Positions 10,968-21,819 are shown, numbered from the stretch's first letter. The stretch is DNA of 52,743 nt from an uncultured Candidatus Saccharibacteria bacterium (GCA_964473175.1 CAYYNN010000001.1:166603-219345), one strand, 5' to 3'. Translations and numbers: made by a program. Notes: a model not told the origin generated them from the sequence alone.

Positions 10968-11717
10968 ATGGAACCAAATACAACACAACAAACAACCGTA
11001 CCCGAACCAAAAAAAACAGGCATTAGCCTCCCCGCTGCAATACTCAGTGGCGCCGTGATCATTGCAATCGCGCTCGTCGTTGCATTCGGCGGCAACAACA
11101 ATACTGCACCAACTACAGGCACGACCCCTGAGCAACCCGCAGAGATCACGTCAGTTCCAAAGGATGTTGCAACAATACGAGCCGACGACCGCATACGCGG
11201 TGACGTTGCGACTGCACAGGTTGCAATCATCGAATACTCTGACTCAGACTGTCCGTTCTGTGAACGATTTCACACAACAATGCAGCAAGTCTTTTCTGAA
11301 TACGACGGTCGTGTTGCATGGGTATATCGATATTTCCCGCTCACATCCCTTCACCCAAATGCAGCGACCGAAGCAGTCGCAATGGAGTGTGCTGCAGAGC
11401 TCGGTGGCAACACTGCGTTTAACAGCTATCTCGATGCTATCATCAAAATCACACTGACTCCTGATCCAAAAGCAAACGAACAGCTCACTACTATTGCCAC
11501 TGGTCTCGGTATCGACAAAGCTGCGTTCACTTCTTGTATTAAAGGTACAACTGCATCAGACCGTGTTGCAGCCGACAGTGCCGAAGCACAAAAGATTGGT
11601 GCACAAGGAACACCGTTCTCTATCATCGTGAACTTGAAGACCGGCAAGCAAAAGATTATCCCTGGCGCATACCCTGTTGCAGATGTAAAAGCTGCTATTG
11701 ACTCACTCTTGAAATAA
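10968..11717 (+). CDS. DsbA-like thiol:disulfide oxidoreductase, membrane anchored
   Basis: The long track ORF overlaps the GT2 gene. Plausible ATG starts are 10950 or 10968 (MEPNTTQQ...). It has a TM anchor and the CPFC active site in IEYSDSDCPFCERFH. Confidence 0.8.
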   Translation: MEPNTTQQTTVPEPKKTGISLPAAILSGAVIIAIALVVAFGGNNNTAPTTGTTPEQPAEITSVPKDVATIRADDRIRGDVATAQVAIIEYSDSDCPFCERFHTTMQQVFSEYDGRVAWVYRYFPLTSLHPNAATEAVAMECAAELGGNTAFNSYLDAIIKITLTPDPKANEQLTTIATGLGIDKAAFTSCIKGTTASDRVAADSAEAQKIGAQGTPFSIIVNLKTGKQKIIPGAYPVADVKAAIDSLLK

Positions 11718-11739
11718 ATTCAAAAATAATATTGGAAAT

Positions 11740-11770
11740 AAAAAAAGCCCCGTTTGTGCGGGGCTTTTTT
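11740..11770. terminator. Bidirectional intrinsic terminator between the dsbA-like gene and rpoD
   Basis: AAAAAAA-GCCCCG-TTTGTG-CGGGGC-TTTTTT sits between convergent genes. Confidence 0.78.
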
Positions 11771-11785
11771 ATACCAGATATGTAT

Positions 11786-13147
11786 TTAATCAAAATAGTT
11801 ACGAAGTCTCTGGATTTTGTCGTTCTGACGAAGCTTCTCATGGACCTTGGCTTCGATCTGTCGGATACGTTCACGAGTGACACCGAACTCCTTACCGACT
11901 TCTTCCAACGTATGCTGCACGCCATCGATGAGGCCGTAACGCATTTCGAGGATGCGTTTCTCTTTGGGAGATATCTCTTCGAGTACGCCACGTATCGCGT
12001 CTTGGAGCATGCGACGTGATGCTTCTTGGTCAGGGCGGAGGATCTTGTCATCAGGAATGAATTCCCCGAAGGTAGACTTGTCTTCGTCATCCCCTATTGG
12101 TTGTTCAAGTGAACGAGTTTCTTGATTGATTTGTTCGATCACGTGTACCTTTTCAACTTCGATACCCATTTCATTTGCGATTTCTTCTGGTAGCGGATCT
12201 CTGCCCAGGTCTTGACCGAGACGTCGCACCACCTGCTTGTACTTACTAATGGTTTCAACCATATGCACCGGGATTCGAATAGTTCTCGACTGGTCTGCAA
12301 GAGCACGGGTAATAGACTGTCTGATCCACCACGTCGCATAGGTTGAAAATTTAAATCCTTTTGTATAGTCAAATTTTTCTACCGCCTTAAACAGTCCGAT
12401 ATTACCTTCCTGAATTAAATCAAGGAGTGTCAGGTCTGCTGTTCGATTTGCATATTTCTTTGCAATAGAAACAACGAGGCGCAAGTTCGATCGTGCGAGC
12501 AGGTTTTTGGCTTCCAAATCCCCTTGTTCAATACGTTTTGCGAGCTCTCGTTCTTGTGCCGCTACAATAAGTGGGTACTGTCCGATATCCTTGAGGTACA
12601 TCTGCACAGAAGAAAACGAATGGCTTTCTTTTACATACTTACTCAAGTCCTCAGTACTATCAATATCGAGAAGGTTACCTCCCTCTAATACATCAATACC
12701 TGCAGTACCAAACTTCTCGTACAATTCATCAAGAAACATAATGTTGTTCTCGATGTCAGGAAATGTTTTTAAAATCTCATCATAAGTAATAAATCCACGT
12801 TTCTTGCCTTTGACAATAAGTTCATCTGCTTTTGCTTCGAGCTCTCGAAGTTTCTTTTCTGTATTTGCTTCACGGCGAGGACTTTGTCCTTCGTGTCGAA
12901 TAGTGATAGGTTTTGGTTTATTTTTTAGTTCAACTTTTGCTTTCTTGGCAACTACTTTTTTGACAACCTTTTTTGGAGCGTGGGAAGTTTTTAAAATTAC
13001 TTTCTTTTTTGGTGCAGATTTCTTTGCTGCTTTGCTTGGTATTGCCCGACTCTTTGGAGTTGGTTTTTTCGTTGTATTTGATTTTGAAACGGCTTTCTTT
13101 ACGTTTGGTTTTTTATTTGGCATACACGTGCGGTTGTTACTATACAT
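11786..13147 (-). CDS. rpoD: primary RNA polymerase sigma factor (sigma70 family) with Lys-rich N-terminal extension
   Basis: 453 aa with regions 2-4 present ([31 protein letters not shown]). It lies downstream of dnaG. Confidence 0.93.
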   Translation of the reverse strand: MYSNNRTCMPNKKPNVKKAVSKSNTTKKPTPKSRAIPSKAAKKSAPKKKVILKTSHAPKKVVKKVVAKKAKVELKNKPKPITIRHEGQSPRREANTEKKLRELEAKADELIVKGKKRGFITYDEILKTFPDIENNIMFLDELYEKFGTAGIDVLEGGNLLDIDSTEDLSKYVKESHSFSSVQMYLKDIGQYPLIVAAQERELAKRIEQGDLEAKNLLARSNLRLVVSIAKKYANRTADLTLLDLIQEGNIGLFKAVEKFDYTKGFKFSTYATWWIRQSITRALADQSRTIRIPVHMVETISKYKQVVRRLGQDLGRDPLPEEIANEMGIEVEKVHVIEQINQETRSLEQPIGDDEDKSTFGEFIPDDKILRPDQEASRRMLQDAIRGVLEEISPKEKRILEMRYGLIDGVQHTLEEVGKEFGVTRERIRQIEAKVHEKLRQNDKIQRLRNYFD

Positions 13148-13178
13148 TACTAAAATCTATCCACATGTCAATGCTCCA

Positions 13179-14885
13179 TCACAGCGGTGTGTGACGGCGC
13201 TGATTGAGCATATGTAATTTTGTCATCAATAGGTGCGCAGCACTATCGTCATGTGATCGTTCAGCTTCTTCGAGTTTGTGACCCAGTGTCGTTCGAATAG
13301 TGGCATAAAATTTTTCGATAAGTTTACTGAAAAGCTCTTGTACCACCATATCTCGCTCCGCTTCGGGAAGTGTTCCATAATCACGTTCGACGATAGAAAA
13401 TAGTTGCGTCAAACGTTCTGCATCGATAGGTGGAAATGTGTACTGTTCATCTTCAAAGAGTGTTTTTTCCAGAGTATTTTTATATTCAGTACTTTTTTCA
13501 GAAGGATATCGTAGCACGATTGCCATAAATCTTTCTTCTACTGTAATAGTCTCACGTGTCATTGTTTCAATAATTTCTTTTTGTGTTCCCGGCTGCGCAG
13601 CAGTGAATAATAACAACTCTCTCGCAATATCTGTAGCGGGAATCGATAGTTCTTTGGCGATTGCTTCGATATATCTCCCTTGTTCTATAGGAGAACGAAC
13701 CTGAGCAAGAAATGGAAATAACCGATCCCTTAGAACGTGCGTGAGCGAATGAGCAGATATTTCATGTTGTTTAATCGAACGTAGTTGATGCAAAATGAAA
13801 TGCTGACTTTCTTTAAGAAGTTTTTTCCATGCTTCTCCTCCGTTTGCCTGAATATAATCTGCAGGATCTACACCTATAGGCATGGGTACAACCTTTGGAT
13901 TCATTCCCAACCTTAATGCAACAATCGCTGCACGATCAACCGCTTTTTGTCCTGCGACATCTCCATCAAATGCCAAAAATACATTTGAAGTAAGTCGAGC
14001 AAGTACGGCAAGGTTTGCTGTAGGGTCATTTGCAGCTGCATCTGAAACAGCGGTTCCTGATGTTGCAACAGTATTTCGAAACCCTGCCTGATGTGCGAGT
14101 ACACAATCTATTTGCCCTTCCACTAAGATTGCAAAGTTATGTTGTCGTATTGATGCCTTGGCTTTATCAAAACCAAACAATACGCGAGATTTTTGAAACA
14201 ATTCTGTTTCAGGTGAATTGAGATATTTTGGACTTTGTGAATCAGTCTGTGTATCTGCAGGATACAATCTTCCCGAAAACCCAACAACGCGTCCCGACGC
14301 ATCCATCAACGGAAACATAACTCGTTTACGAAAACGATCATAGTACCCCTTGTCTGTTTTTTTAATAAGACCTGCTCGTTCAGCAATAGCGGCACTAGCA
14401 TCGTTGGTCATACTGTTAGCAACAAAACGCCATTCGTCGGGAACATATCCAATACGGAATGCTTTCATCGTCGCATCATTAATGCCACGACTTTTGAGGT
14501 ACTCCAATGCAGTGCTGTTACGAGAAAGTTCTTGTTGATATTTTGTCGTTGTAGATTCAAGTACTTCGTAGAGTGGGTCCGCACTTTCGCGCTGAACCAA
14601 CTCTCGCGTCAAAACAACACCGGCTCTATCGGCAAGTATTTTGAGTGCGCCCTTTTTATCTACCCCTTCAAATTGCTCAACAAATGTAAAAATGTCTCCT
14701 TTGGCTCCACATCCAAAACAGTAGTACAACCCACGTTCAGGAGAAACTGAGAACGAAGCAGAACGCTCATTGTGAAATGGGCATTTTGCCTTGAACTGGC
14801 TTCCAGACGCAGTGAGCGTAATGTATGTTGAGAGGACGTCGGTAATAGGCAGGCGATCTTTGATAGTGTCGAAGACCGTTTGCAT
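13179..14885 (-). CDS. dnaG: DNA primase
   Basis: 568 aa with a zinc ribbon (CPFHNERSASFSV...YYCFGCGAKGD) and a TOPRIM region (ILVEGQIDC). Confidence 0.93.
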   Translation of the reverse strand: MQTVFDTIKDRLPITDVLSTYITLTASGSQFKAKCPFHNERSASFSVSPERGLYYCFGCGAKGDIFTFVEQFEGVDKKGALKILADRAGVVLTRELVQRESADPLYEVLESTTTKYQQELSRNSTALEYLKSRGINDATMKAFRIGYVPDEWRFVANSMTNDASAAIAERAGLIKKTDKGYYDRFRKRVMFPLMDASGRVVGFSGRLYPADTQTDSQSPKYLNSPETELFQKSRVLFGFDKAKASIRQHNFAILVEGQIDCVLAHQAGFRNTVATSGTAVSDAAANDPTANLAVLARLTSNVFLAFDGDVAGQKAVDRAAIVALRLGMNPKVVPMPIGVDPADYIQANGGEAWKKLLKESQHFILHQLRSIKQHEISAHSLTHVLRDRLFPFLAQVRSPIEQGRYIEAIAKELSIPATDIARELLLFTAAQPGTQKEIIETMTRETITVEERFMAIVLRYPSEKSTEYKNTLEKTLFEDEQYTFPPIDAERLTQLFSIVERDYGTLPEAERDMVVQELFSKLIEKFYATIRTTLGHKLEEAERSHDDSAAHLLMTKLHMLNQRRHTPL

Positions 14886-14887
14886 TA

Positions 14888-17800
14888 TTAGTCTTGTTCT
14901 CGGTTAGCGTCGATGTTGACGTTGAGCGCTCGTCGATCTTTGAATCCAGTACCTGCGGGAATAAGTCTTCCAACAGTAACATTTTCTTTGAGACCTCGAA
15001 GGTTATCAACTCCACCCTTCACTGCGTTAGCAATAAGGACACGGTTTGTGTTTTGGAATGAGGCAGCTGAGATCCATGATTTCGCATTGAGCGCAGTTTG
15101 TGTAATACCAAGAATCATGAGATCACCTTTTGCTTCACGAAGACCTTGTGCTTTCATCCGTCCGTTTTCATCAAGGAGTTCTGCCATTTCCACAATTTCT
15201 CCTGGTGAGAATGATGTGTCTCCTGCATCCTTGATTTTACGTCGTGAGAACATTTGTCGAATAATAATCTCCAAATGCTTTCGAGCAATAGAAGCGCCTT
15301 GTAGTTCATACACTTTAGAGATTTCGCGGATGATATAGTCTTCAGCCATTTCTTTACCACCAAATGCATATACATCTTTGATATTCGCAGAACCATCAGT
15401 GAGGAGCTCACCTTGCTGTACGTCTTGACCAACCTTGACGATTGGAACACGTCGAGCATTAATAGCGTAATCAACAGATTCCTTGTTGCCTTCAGTTTTA
15501 TCGCTCATAACAGAAATAATCTTTTCACTTCCGTTTTCTTTGATCTCACTAACCGTTCCTGCAAATTTTGCAACAACAGCAGGGTTCTTGATTTCGCGAC
15601 ACTCAAAGATTTCTTCGACTCGAGGGAGACCCGCAGTAATGTCGACACCAGCAAGACCTCCGGCGTGGAAGGTTCGAAGTGTTAACTGTGTTCCTGGTTC
15701 TCCAATCGCTTGGGCCGCAACGATACCAACAGATTCACCACGATCAACGAGGTGGTTTCGGCCGAGGTCGAGGCCGTAACACTGTCGACAAATACCGTAC
15801 ACTGTTTTACAGATCATTGGTGTGCGAACAAATACTTCTGTTGCACCTTTTGCTTCTATTTCTAGTGCTTCATCCCGAGTAATCATGTGCCCACGCTTAA
15901 ACAGTGTTGTTCCGTCAGGAAGCATGATTTCCTTTGCAAGCACCCGTCCTCGAATAGTCTTTGAAATTGGAATTTCAAATCCAGAAATGATTTCTTTTGT
16001 CACACGCTTTGAAGCCTTGGTACCACAATCGTCTTCAGTAACGATCAAGTCTTGCGCAACATCAACGAGACGTCGTGTCAGATACCCAGCTCGAGCGGTG
16101 TTAAGCGCAGTATCGGCAAGACCTTTTCGTGAACCGTGAGTCGTAATAAAGTATTCAAGCGGAGAGAGTCCTTCTTTGTAAGATGGAATAATCGGGAAGT
16201 CGATAGTGCGCCCCGTTGTGTTCTGAATCAACCCTTTCATACCAGCCATCTGTGTCACGTTCGATACAGTACCTCGAGCTCCAGAAGTGATCATGTCATA
16301 GACAGAACTGTGCATCTTGATAGTGTTTGGTAATGCTTTTTCGATTTCTGCTTTTGCCTTGTTCCAGATAGTGAGGACACTTTGATATCGTTCTTCATCA
16401 GAGAGCAATCCGTCTTCAAATTGATTTTTAACTTCTTGTTCCATTGCTCGGTGCTTTGCAATAATTGCTGGTTTTTCAGCAGGAACAATCACGTTATCAA
16501 TACCCCATGTTGTACCAGATTTTGTTGCATACTTATATCCGAATGTTTTGATTCTATCCAAGATAGCAGCGATAGGATCAACACCGTACTTTGAAATAAG
16601 GTTATCTACAATGGTTACCATTTTCTTGGATGTCATTTCTTCGTTCATGTACGGGAAGTCAGCTGGCAAGATAGCGTTGAACAAAAGGCGTCCAACAGTA
16701 GTCTCAAAAGGCTTGTTCCCAAATAGTGTATATTTTTCAGAACCAGTTCCTAGAACAAATATTTTTGCACGATACGATACGACATCATGGTCACTAGTAA
16801 GAATTGTGTCATTTGGACTTGAGAAATACATACCTTCACCTTTTTCACCATCAACCGTTGATGTCATCCAGTAACATCCCAACACAATGTCGAGAAGTTT
16901 TGAAGAAACAATCGGATCTCCGTTTTGTGGCTTGAGCAAGTTCTTGTCTGCTGAAATAAGTGAGGCAGCCTCAGCTTGTGAAGTGACTGACAATGGAAGA
17001 TATACACCCATTTGGTCACCGTCGAAGTCAGCGTTAAATGCAGGACAAACGAGCGGGTGCACTTGGATTGCATTACCTTCAATCAATACCGGCATAAATG
17101 CCTGAATACCGAGACGGTGAAGTGTTGGAGCACGGTTCAAGAGAACATATTTACCCTTAATACATTCTTCAAGTATTGCCCAGACTTCTGGAATACCTTC
17201 TTCAATAAGTTTATTTGCACCGCGAATGTTATACGCGAGTTCTCGCATAATAATCTTGGAAATCACGAATGGTCGGAAAAGTTCAAGTGCCATATGTTTC
17301 GGAAGTCCACATTGATTGAGGCGAAGTGTTGGCCCTACAACGATTACTGAACGCGCTGAATAGTCAACACGCTTACCGAGCAAGTTCTGACGAAAGAGAC
17401 CTTGCTTTGATTTGAGGTTATCTGAGAGAGATTTCAATGCACGACGTTGTGCTTGTGACATCGCAGGAGAGTCTTGACCAGCGATTGAGTTATCAATCAA
17501 TGCGTCTACTGCTTCTTGCAAAATACGTTTTTCATTACGCAAGATCACGTCCGGTGCACCAATTTCTTTAAGTTTCTTGAGACGATTGTTACGGTTGATA
17601 ACACGTCGGTACAAGTCGTTTACATCTGATGTTGCGTGGCGTCCACCTTCCAATGCAACCATTGGACGAATTGCTGGAGGAATAACAGGGATAACAGTCA
17701 AGAACATCCATTCAGGACGAATGTTGGCATATATCATGCTTCGAATAAGTGCCAAACGTTTCTGAAGTTTTTCTCTTTCAGCAGCACCCGCTTTCTCAAG

Positions 17801-18511
17801 AGATTTTTCTGTCTGCGCTTTTAGTTTCTCAAGATCGATATTTTGGAAAAGCTGAAAGATTGCTTCAGCTCCAATGTTTGCCTCAAAACTTGAACCATAT
17901 TTCAATGAGAAATGATGGTATGAGAGTTCATTAAGAACTTTCCCAACACGAATTTCTGCAATTTCTTTTTTTGTATTAAGCAGCAGTGTTTTAAGCTTTT
18001 CTTTTGTTTCATCATCTGCTGCATTTTTTACTTTATTTTTAAATTCAGCTTCGAGATCTGCAACAACACGAGATTTTTCTTCCTCGTGTACGACGGTAAT
18101 AATATATCCGGCGAAGTACACAACCTTTTCAAGGTCAGCAAGAGAAACGTTGAGCAAAATACTCATTCGTGATGGTACACCGCGAAGGAACCAGATGTGC
18201 GCAACAGGAGATGCAAGTTCGATGTGACCCATGCGTTCTCGACGAACGATAGATTGTGTTACTTCAACACCACATTTCTCACAGATAATACCTGCGTATC
18301 GAATACGCTTATATTTTCCACAGTAACATTCATAATCTTTTTCTGGACCGAATATACGTTCATCAAAGAGGCCGCCACGTTCACTTCGTGAGGTACGGTA
18401 GTTAATGGTTTCTGGCTTGGTGACTTCACCATAAGACCACTCACGAATGCGTTCTGGACTTGCGAGTTTGAGAACGATTTGATCAAAGTTTGTTGTATCG
18501 AGTGTTTTCAT
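14888..18511 (-). CDS. rpoC: DNA-directed RNA polymerase subunit beta prime
   Basis: 1207 aa with the NADFDGDQM catalytic motif and a Zn-binding N-terminus (CYCGKY...CEKCGV). Confidence 0.97.
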   Translation of the reverse strand: MKTLDTTNFDQIVLKLASPERIREWSYGEVTKPETINYRTSRSERGGLFDERIFGPEKDYECYCGKYKRIRYAGIICEKCGVEVTQSIVRRERMGHIELASPVAHIWFLRGVPSRMSILLNVSLADLEKVVYFAGYIITVVHEEEKSRVVADLEAEFKNKVKNAADDETKEKLKTLLLNTKKEIAEIRVGKVLNELSYHHFSLKYGSSFEANIGAEAIFQLFQNIDLEKLKAQTEKSLEKAGAAEREKLQKRLALIRSMIYANIRPEWMFLTVIPVIPPAIRPMVALEGGRHATSDVNDLYRRVINRNNRLKKLKEIGAPDVILRNEKRILQEAVDALIDNSIAGQDSPAMSQAQRRALKSLSDNLKSKQGLFRQNLLGKRVDYSARSVIVVGPTLRLNQCGLPKHMALELFRPFVISKIIMRELAYNIRGANKLIEEGIPEVWAILEECIKGKYVLLNRAPTLHRLGIQAFMPVLIEGNAIQVHPLVCPAFNADFDGDQMGVYLPLSVTSQAEAASLISADKNLLKPQNGDPIVSSKLLDIVLGCYWMTSTVDGEKGEGMYFSSPNDTILTSDHDVVSYRAKIFVLGTGSEKYTLFGNKPFETTVGRLLFNAILPADFPYMNEEMTSKKMVTIVDNLISKYGVDPIAAILDRIKTFGYKYATKSGTTWGIDNVIVPAEKPAIIAKHRAMEQEVKNQFEDGLLSDEERYQSVLTIWNKAKAEIEKALPNTIKMHSSVYDMITSGARGTVSNVTQMAGMKGLIQNTTGRTIDFPIIPSYKEGLSPLEYFITTHGSRKGLADTALNTARAGYLTRRLVDVAQDLIVTEDDCGTKASKRVTKEIISGFEIPISKTIRGRVLAKEIMLPDGTTLFKRGHMITRDEALEIEAKGATEVFVRTPMICKTVYGICRQCYGLDLGRNHLVDRGESVGIVAAQAIGEPGTQLTLRTFHAGGLAGVDITAGLPRVEEIFECREIKNPAVVAKFAGTVSEIKENGSEKIISVMSDKTEGNKESVDYAINARRVPIVKVGQDVQQGELLTDGSANIKDVYAFGGKEMAEDYIIREISKVYELQGASIARKHLEIIIRQMFSRRKIKDAGDTSFSPGEIVEMAELLDENGRMKAQGLREAKGDLMILGITQTALNAKSWISAASFQNTNRVLIANAVKGGVDNLRGLKENVTVGRLIPAGTGFKDRRALNVNIDANREQD

Positions 18512-18529
18512 ATATATAAGTGAAGTTGA

Positions 18530-21500
18530 TTACGCAGATACGTCGGTGTCTGTTGCTGATAATGAAACGGTTGGGAGCACTTTAGATCTATTGAGTTCCA
18601 CATCGAGTGCCAATCCTCGGAGATAGTTCAACATCACCATGAAGGATGCAGGTGTGTTTGGTTCTCGAATCGGTTCACCCTTAATAATCGAATCAAACGT
18701 TGCGGCACGTCCTCGGATATCATCAGATTTGATGGTAAGCATTTCTCGTAATATATGAGAAGCACCATACCCTTCGAGTGCCCAGACCTCCATTTCTCCG
18801 AAACGCTGTCCTCCACCTTGTGCTTTACCACCGAGCGGTTGCTGTGTAATAAGAGAGTACGGACCAATAGATCGCATGTGAATCTTGTCTTCAACCATGT
18901 GGTGAAGTTTCAAGATATACATGTAGCCGACAGCAATATCTTGTTCATATTTCTCACCAGTACGTCCATCGAAAAGTGGAACACATCCTGATGCAGGGAA
19001 TCCAGCCTCAACGAGCTCTGCCTTGATTTCAGCATCAGTTGCCCCAGAAAACGGTGGGACGATTGCTTGGTACCCAAGTTCATGTGCAGCCATTCCAAGG
19101 TGAAGCTCAAGAATTTGTCCAAGGTTCATACGTGATGGCACACCTAAAGGAGTGAGCACTACGTCTACCGGAGTTCCATCTGCCATATATGGCATATCTT
19201 CTTCTGGTAGTACTACAGAGATAACTCCTTTGTTTCCGTGTCGTCCAGCGAGCTTGTCCCCGACCGAAATATTTCGCAGTTGCGCAACTTCAATAACGAT
19301 TTTCTTTATGACACCTGATTCTAGTGAGTGTCCCTGATCTCGAGAAAATACTTTGACACGAATAATACGTCCGCGCTTTCCATGATCCATTTTCAATGAT
19401 GTATCTTTTACATCACGTGCCTTCTCCGCAAAGATACTTCGGAGCAATCGTTCTTCTGGAGTAAGTTCAGTCTCACCTTTTGGTGTAATTTTACCAACCA
19501 ATATATCGCCTTCTTTTACTTCCGCTCCAACACGAATGATTCCTTCTTCATCGAGGTCCTTGAGACGCGCTTCACCCACGTTTGGGATATCGCGTGTCGT
19601 AATTTCGGGGCCAAGCTTAGTATCACGCACAACGGAAGTGAATTCAGCAATGTACATTGAGGTAAATTTTGAATCCTTGATGAGACGTTCTGAAAGAATG
19701 ATCGCATCTTCGAAGTTGTTACCGTTCCACGACATGAATGCAACACGCATGTTTTGTCCGAGCGCAATTTGTCCATTGTCAGTAGTAGATGTGTCAGCCA
19801 GAAGTTGTCCTTTCTTGACTTTTTGTCCGAGAGAAACAACTGGTCGTTGATGAAATGCATTGAATGAGTTTGTTCGCTGGAAGTTCACGAGTGTGTATGT
19901 GTGATCTTTGTTTGTCTTGTCATTTTTAACGGTGACCTTTGTTGCGTCCACTGCGGTTACTTCTCCTGCTTCTTCAGCCATCACAAGACGTCCAGAATAC
20001 GGTGCGGCACTTTCTTCCATACCAGTTGCAACAAATGGAGCTTCTGGTCTGATAACCGGTACTGCCTGTTTTTGCATGTTACTTCCCATCAATGCACGGT
20101 TTGCATCATTGTGTTCCAAAAATGGAATCATGCCTGTTGCAACAGAGAACGCCTGGTTTGGTGCTACGTCGATGAAGTCAACATCTTTTTTGTCGACAAT
20201 ACCAGGACTTGTTTTAATACGAGCTTCAACGCGATCAGGAAGATTCCCCTTATCATCTATACGCATACCAGCGTGCGCAATATTGTATTTCTCTTCTTCA
20301 GCAGCATTCAAGTACACGATCTCGTCAGTGATTTTGCCACCTTTTACTTTCGCATACGGAGTTTCGATAATACCGAATTCGTTGATGTGCGCGTAGATTG
20401 CAAGACGTAAGATCAAACCGATGTTTGGACCTTCAGGTGTGTGGATAGGACAAACACGACCATAGTGAGACGTGTGTACATCGCGAACTTCAAGCGTTGC
20501 TCGTTCTCGAGTGAGTCCTCCGGGACCAAGAGCTGAGACAGTGCGCAACTCTTCGATTTCAGCGAGGATGTTGTCCTGTTGCATGAACTGTGAGAGCTGG
20601 TTGGTCGTAAAGAATTCCTTGATACGAGCCTGGAGTGGGCGCTGGTTAACGACCTGTATTGGGAGTGCATTTGCTGCATCAATAGTACTCATACGATCTT
20701 GCACATTTCGCTTGATCTGAGTAAATCCCATATAAATTTTTGCTTGAAGCAATTCACCGACAAATCGAACTCGTCGACTTGAGAGGTTGTCGATGTCATC
20801 TGCATGACTTCCAGGAGTAGTATTGAGCGCGATGATATTGTCGATAATGATAGCAAGATCAGTCGCAGAGAGCGTTTTTTGCTCCATAGACTTCTCTGAC
20901 ATGTCGAGTTCGAAACGCTTGTTAAAACGGAATCGTCCAACCTGAGAAAGGTCATATCGTTCTTCACCAAACAGTGTGTTAACGAAATCTCGAGCGTTAT
21001 CAGCATTGGCAAGATCGCCATCGCGAAGTTTTCGATAGATTTCTACATATGCGTCAGACTGAGTTTTTACGAGATCTTTTTCTATAGCGAGTTCAATGTA
21101 CTTGAGAGATGCTTCATTTTTAAACTGTGCCTTGATGAGCTCATCTGTTGTGAGACCTAGAGCACGAAGAAGAGTAATAATTGAAAACTTTCGCTTCTTG
21201 TCGATACGAACAAAAATTTCCTGACTTGGATCAGATTCGATTTCAATCCATACCCCTCGGTTTGGAATAATTTTGGCACCAAAGAATCGCTTGCCCTTTA
21301 CTTCAAGTTCAGTGAAAAATACCCCAGAAGAACGTGAGAGTTGCGGAATCAATGAACGCTCAACTCCGTTGATGATAAATGTTCCATGATTGGTCATTAC
21401 TGGAATGTCAGACATGAAAATTTCCTGCTCCTTTTCAGAACCAGTTTGTTTGTTGGTGAGTTTGATGCGAGCCTTGAGTTGTGTTTCGAGAGAGAGTTTA

Positions 21501-21766
21501 TTTTCTTTGGCGTAGTGTTCGTCAAATGTAGGAGCAACGAGATGAAACGATACCAAGTCGAGTTGAAACTTTTTGCCAGAATAATCCTGAATAGGAGTGA
21601 ATTCTTTAAAGACTGCTTTAATACCCTTTTCGATCAACCAATTGTATGAATCGATTTGGTGTTGAATGAGGTTTGGAAATTCAACGAGAGGCTTTTTGTA
21701 CTTAGAAAAGTACTTTTTGGGAAGTGCTCCAGTTGTTACGTGCGCAGTGGTTTTTGATTTGGCCAT
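18530..21766 (-). CDS. rpoB: DNA-directed RNA polymerase subunit beta
   Basis: 1078 aa with conserved beta-subunit blocks (GRHGNKGV, GGQRFGEMEVWALE). Confidence 0.97.
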   Translation of the reverse strand: MAKSKTTAHVTTGALPKKYFSKYKKPLVEFPNLIQHQIDSYNWLIEKGIKAVFKEFTPIQDYSGKKFQLDLVSFHLVAPTFDEHYAKENKLSLETQLKARIKLTNKQTGSEKEQEIFMSDIPVMTNHGTFIINGVERSLIPQLSRSSGVFFTELEVKGKRFFGAKIIPNRGVWIEIESDPSQEIFVRIDKKRKFSIITLLRALGLTTDELIKAQFKNEASLKYIELAIEKDLVKTQSDAYVEIYRKLRDGDLANADNARDFVNTLFGEERYDLSQVGRFRFNKRFELDMSEKSMEQKTLSATDLAIIIDNIIALNTTPGSHADDIDNLSSRRVRFVGELLQAKIYMGFTQIKRNVQDRMSTIDAANALPIQVVNQRPLQARIKEFFTTNQLSQFMQQDNILAEIEELRTVSALGPGGLTRERATLEVRDVHTSHYGRVCPIHTPEGPNIGLILRLAIYAHINEFGIIETPYAKVKGGKITDEIVYLNAAEEEKYNIAHAGMRIDDKGNLPDRVEARIKTSPGIVDKKDVDFIDVAPNQAFSVATGMIPFLEHNDANRALMGSNMQKQAVPVIRPEAPFVATGMEESAAPYSGRLVMAEEAGEVTAVDATKVTVKNDKTNKDHTYTLVNFQRTNSFNAFHQRPVVSLGQKVKKGQLLADTSTTDNGQIALGQNMRVAFMSWNGNNFEDAIILSERLIKDSKFTSMYIAEFTSVVRDTKLGPEITTRDIPNVGEARLKDLDEEGIIRVGAEVKEGDILVGKITPKGETELTPEERLLRSIFAEKARDVKDTSLKMDHGKRGRIIRVKVFSRDQGHSLESGVIKKIVIEVAQLRNISVGDKLAGRHGNKGVISVVLPEEDMPYMADGTPVDVVLTPLGVPSRMNLGQILELHLGMAAHELGYQAIVPPFSGATDAEIKAELVEAGFPASGCVPLFDGRTGEKYEQDIAVGYMYILKLHHMVEDKIHMRSIGPYSLITQQPLGGKAQGGGQRFGEMEVWALEGYGASHILREMLTIKSDDIRGRAATFDSIIKGEPIREPNTPASFMVMLNYLRGLALDVELNRSKVLPTVSLSATDTDVSA

Positions 21767-21790
21767 GGGTATTATGAATGTATATAAACG

Positions 21791-21819
21791 AAAAAATGCC
21801 GGCCTCGCTGCGAGGTGGC
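21791..21819 (-). terminator. Hairpin plus U-run in the rpoB leader (terminator or attenuator)
   Basis: Minus strand reads GCCACCTCGCAGCGAGGCCGGC followed by ATTTTTTCG, about 25 nt upstream of the rpoB ATG. Confidence 0.4.

Noticed and set aside
14913-21649. There are many long plus-strand ORFs inside rpoC and rpoB (for example 19901-20410, 16548-16874, 20472-20720), and similar antisense ORFs inside tgt, mreB, proS, dnaG, typA and others.
   Set aside because: They are shadow ORFs opposite strongly conserved genes. They have low-complexity or biased composition and no recognisable motifs.
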